From Patescibacteria group bacterium (GTDB lineage: Bacteria > Patescibacteriota > Patescibacteriia > Patescibacteriales > UBA12465), in assembly GCA_041651355.1 (NCBI GenBank), contig JBAZJK010000001.1, positions 37,883 through 101,882 on the forward strand: a DNA stretch of 64,000 nt. Direction: 5' to 3'. The first letter of the stretch is position 1. Each line of letters opens with the position of its first letter. Of this stretch, positions 62,278-64,000 are shown piece after piece. The translations under genes were made by a program, and so were the position numbers. The notes beneath the pieces were generated by a model that was not told the DNA's origin, did no database searches, and saw nothing but the letters and a program-made list of their open reading frames with translations.

Positions 62278-64000
62278 ATGATAAATTTCAAAAAATCAGA
62301 TTCTCCAAATAACCGCTTGACCCTAAATAGTAGTTTAGGTGCTCGGCCGGATAGTCCGGCGCCAGTGGAAGCTAACCCGGAGCTAACGCGGGAGATTATT
62401 GAGGAGGAAAAAGCTTTCCGGCGAGGGGTTATTTCTGTCCGGGACATCATTTCTCCGGCGAGCATGAAAGTCGAGCCGACGCTTTTGCGTTTAGGAGACA
62501 AATTCGTCCGGACGATCTTTATCATCAATTATCCTCGTTATATCAGTGTCGGTTGGTTCGCTCCGGTCATTAATCTTAATTTGACCTTCGATATCTCCAT
62601 GTTTTTCTATCCTGTTTCCAGCGCAATTATTCTGAAACAGCTGAAGAACAAAGTCGGTATCTTAGAGGCACAGATTGCTGGCGATGCCGAGAAGGGCGCT
62701 GCTCGTGATCCTTTGCGGGAAACTGCCTTGCGCGATATTGAATCCTTGCGCGACGCCTTGACCCAGGGAACGGAAAAGTTTTTCCAATTCGCCCTGTATG
62801 TTACTTTATATAGCGATAGTACGGAGGAATTAGATCGTATGTCCGATCAGGTTGAAGATATTTTCGGTTCACGACTAGTTTTCTCCCGGCGAGTTTATTT
62901 CCAAGCCGAACAGGGCTTTAATTCTACTTTACCCTTGGGAAACGACGAGATGTCCATTACTTTTAACATGAACTCTTCGCCGGTCGCTTCATCTTTCCCC
63001 TTCATTTCTAGCGAGCTAACCAGCGATCGCGGCATCTTGTATGGTATCAATCGCCACAATAACAGCTTGATTCTATTCGACCGTTTTAGCCTACAGAACG
63101 CTAATTCAGTCGTTTTTGCCACCTCGGGTGCCGGCAAGAGCTATGCTATCAAATTGGAAGTTCTCCGTTCTTTGATGCTCGGAACCGACATCATTATCAT
63201 CGATCCTGAACATGAGTATAAATATCTATCTGAAGCGGTCGGCGGCACCTATATCAACATTTCGCTGTCTTCGGAGAATAAGATCAATCCTTTTGATTTG
63301 CCACGCTCGATCGGAGCTGAATCAAAGCCGAAAGATATCATCCGGAGCGCTGTCATAACCCTAAAAGGTTTGGTTAGACTTATGATCGGCAACCTTAGCT
63401 ATGATGAAGATTCTATCGTTGACCGCGCTTTGCTGGAAACCTATGCCAAGAAAGATATTACGCCAGATTCAGATTTATCTAAGATTGAACCGCCGGTAAT
63501 GTCGGATTTCGAACAGGTTTTAGAGGGCATGGAAGGTGGCGCTGATTTAGCCTTACGCCTCAAGAAATATACCGAAGGTACTTTTTCCGGCTTGTTGAAT
63601 AATTTTACTAACGTCGAGATGAATAATCAATTGGTCTGTTTCTCGGTGCGTGATTTGGAAGATGAGCTCCGGCCTCTGGCTATATATACGATTATCAATT
63701 ATATCTGGAATATTGTCCGTAGCGAGACTAAGAAGCGCATCTTGGTAATTGATGAGGCTTGGTGGATGATGCAGCATGAAGATAGCGCTAAGTTCGTCTT
63801 CGCCTTAGTCAAGCGTTGCCGCAAATATTATTTGGGCGTGACCACGATTACTCAGGACGTTAATGACTTCTTAACCTCGCCCTATGGCCAAGCCATCGTG
63901 ACCAACTCTTCTTTGCAGATTCTGCTCAAACAATCGCCGGCCGCCATCGACCTAGTCAAGAAAACTTTCATCCTGACGGAAGGCGAGAAATATCTGCTAC
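62278..64000 (+). CDS. virB4: Type IV secretion VirB4/TraE/PrgJ-family ATPase; its 3' end runs off the window
   Basis: Not in the ORF track because it has no stop in the window. ATG 62278 stays open to 64000. Walker A is VVFATSGAGKSYAIK and Walker B is ILVIDEAWWMM, followed by TTITQDVNDF. Confidence 0.85.
   Translation, partial: MINFKKSDSPNNRLTLNSSLGARPDSPAPVEANPELTREIIEEEKAFRRGVISVRDIISPASMKVEPTLLRLGDKFVRTIFIINYPRYISVGWFAPVINLNLTFDISMFFYPVSSAIILKQLKNKVGILEAQIAGDAEKGAARDPLRETALRDIESLRDALTQGTEKFFQFALYVTLYSDSTEELDRMSDQVEDIFGSRLVFSRRVYFQAEQGFNSTLPLGNDEMSITFNMNSSPVASSFPFISSELTSDRGILYGINRHNNSLILFDRFSLQNANSVVFATSGAGKSYAIKLEVLRSLMLGTDIIIIDPEHEYKYLSEAVGGTYINISLSSENKINPFDLPRSIGAESKPKDIIRSAVITLKGLVRLMIGNLSYDEDSIVDRALLETYAKKDITPDSDLSKIEPPVMSDFEQVLEGMEGGADLALRLKKYTEGTFSGLLNNFTNVEMNNQLVCFSVRDLEDELRPLAIYTIINYIWNIVRSETKKRILVIDEAWWMMQHEDSAKFVFALVKRCRKYYLGVTTITQDVNDFLTSPYGQAIVTNSSLQILLKQSPAAIDLVKKTFILTEGEKYLL

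Noticed and set aside
1-64000. An alternative genetic code, such as the UGA recoding seen in some CPR lineages.
   Set aside because: TGA terminates at least the CDF gene (7857-7859) and aspS (55037-55039) at the expected protein ends. All conserved genes are uninterrupted under code 11.
1-64000. CRISPR arrays, IS elements, integrases, prophage genes or long DNA tandem repeats.
   Set aside because: I saw none on either strand. The only DNA-level repeats noted are the 14-nt inverted repeat at 43426/43519 and short AT-rich direct repeats in spacers.

Overview
The window is densely coded, with about 45 protein genes, one atypical tRNA-like gene, and no rRNA, CRISPR array, transposase or integrase. 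The standard bacterial code applies, since TGA, TAA and TAG are all used as stops. I infer a Patescibacteria/CPR-like, reduced, fermentative bacterium from the gene content: YebC, RuvC, GlgA with a GH57 enzyme, FtsK, a MurE-like ligase, RpoB/RpoC, MurJ, LepA, RecJ, RNase HI, four-subunit pyruvate:ferredoxin oxidoreductase plus ADP-forming acetyl-CoA synthetase, Xth, LeuRS, RsmA and an archaeal-type AspRS. Four accessory regions stand out. (1) A monocistronic cassette at 10.6-12.7 kb encodes a PKD/Ig-repeat protein ending in a T9SS (Por) C-terminal sorting domain, which is out of place in this kind of genome. (2) A seven-gene minus-strand operon at 34.1-40.1 kb has a DsbA gene and two Cys-rich, VirB2/TrbC-pilin-like surface proteins, one fused to an NlpC/P60 hydrolase, interleaved with porG-porD-porA-porB. 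(3) A 2813-aa Cys-rich surface protein with a thrombospondin-type-3-repeat partner lies at 44.5-53.6 kb. (4) A Gram-positive/CPR-style type IV secretion-like cluster runs from 55.2 kb to the window end: a VirB6-like polytopic protein, two paralogous unknowns, a PrgI/VirB3-like protein, a stand-alone VirB4-N-domain-like protein and a VirB4 ATPase. My main hypothesis is that regions 2-4 form one dispersed, largely uncharacterised cell-surface and host-interaction system. All calls come from reading the translated ORFs and the DNA by eye. No database search was run.
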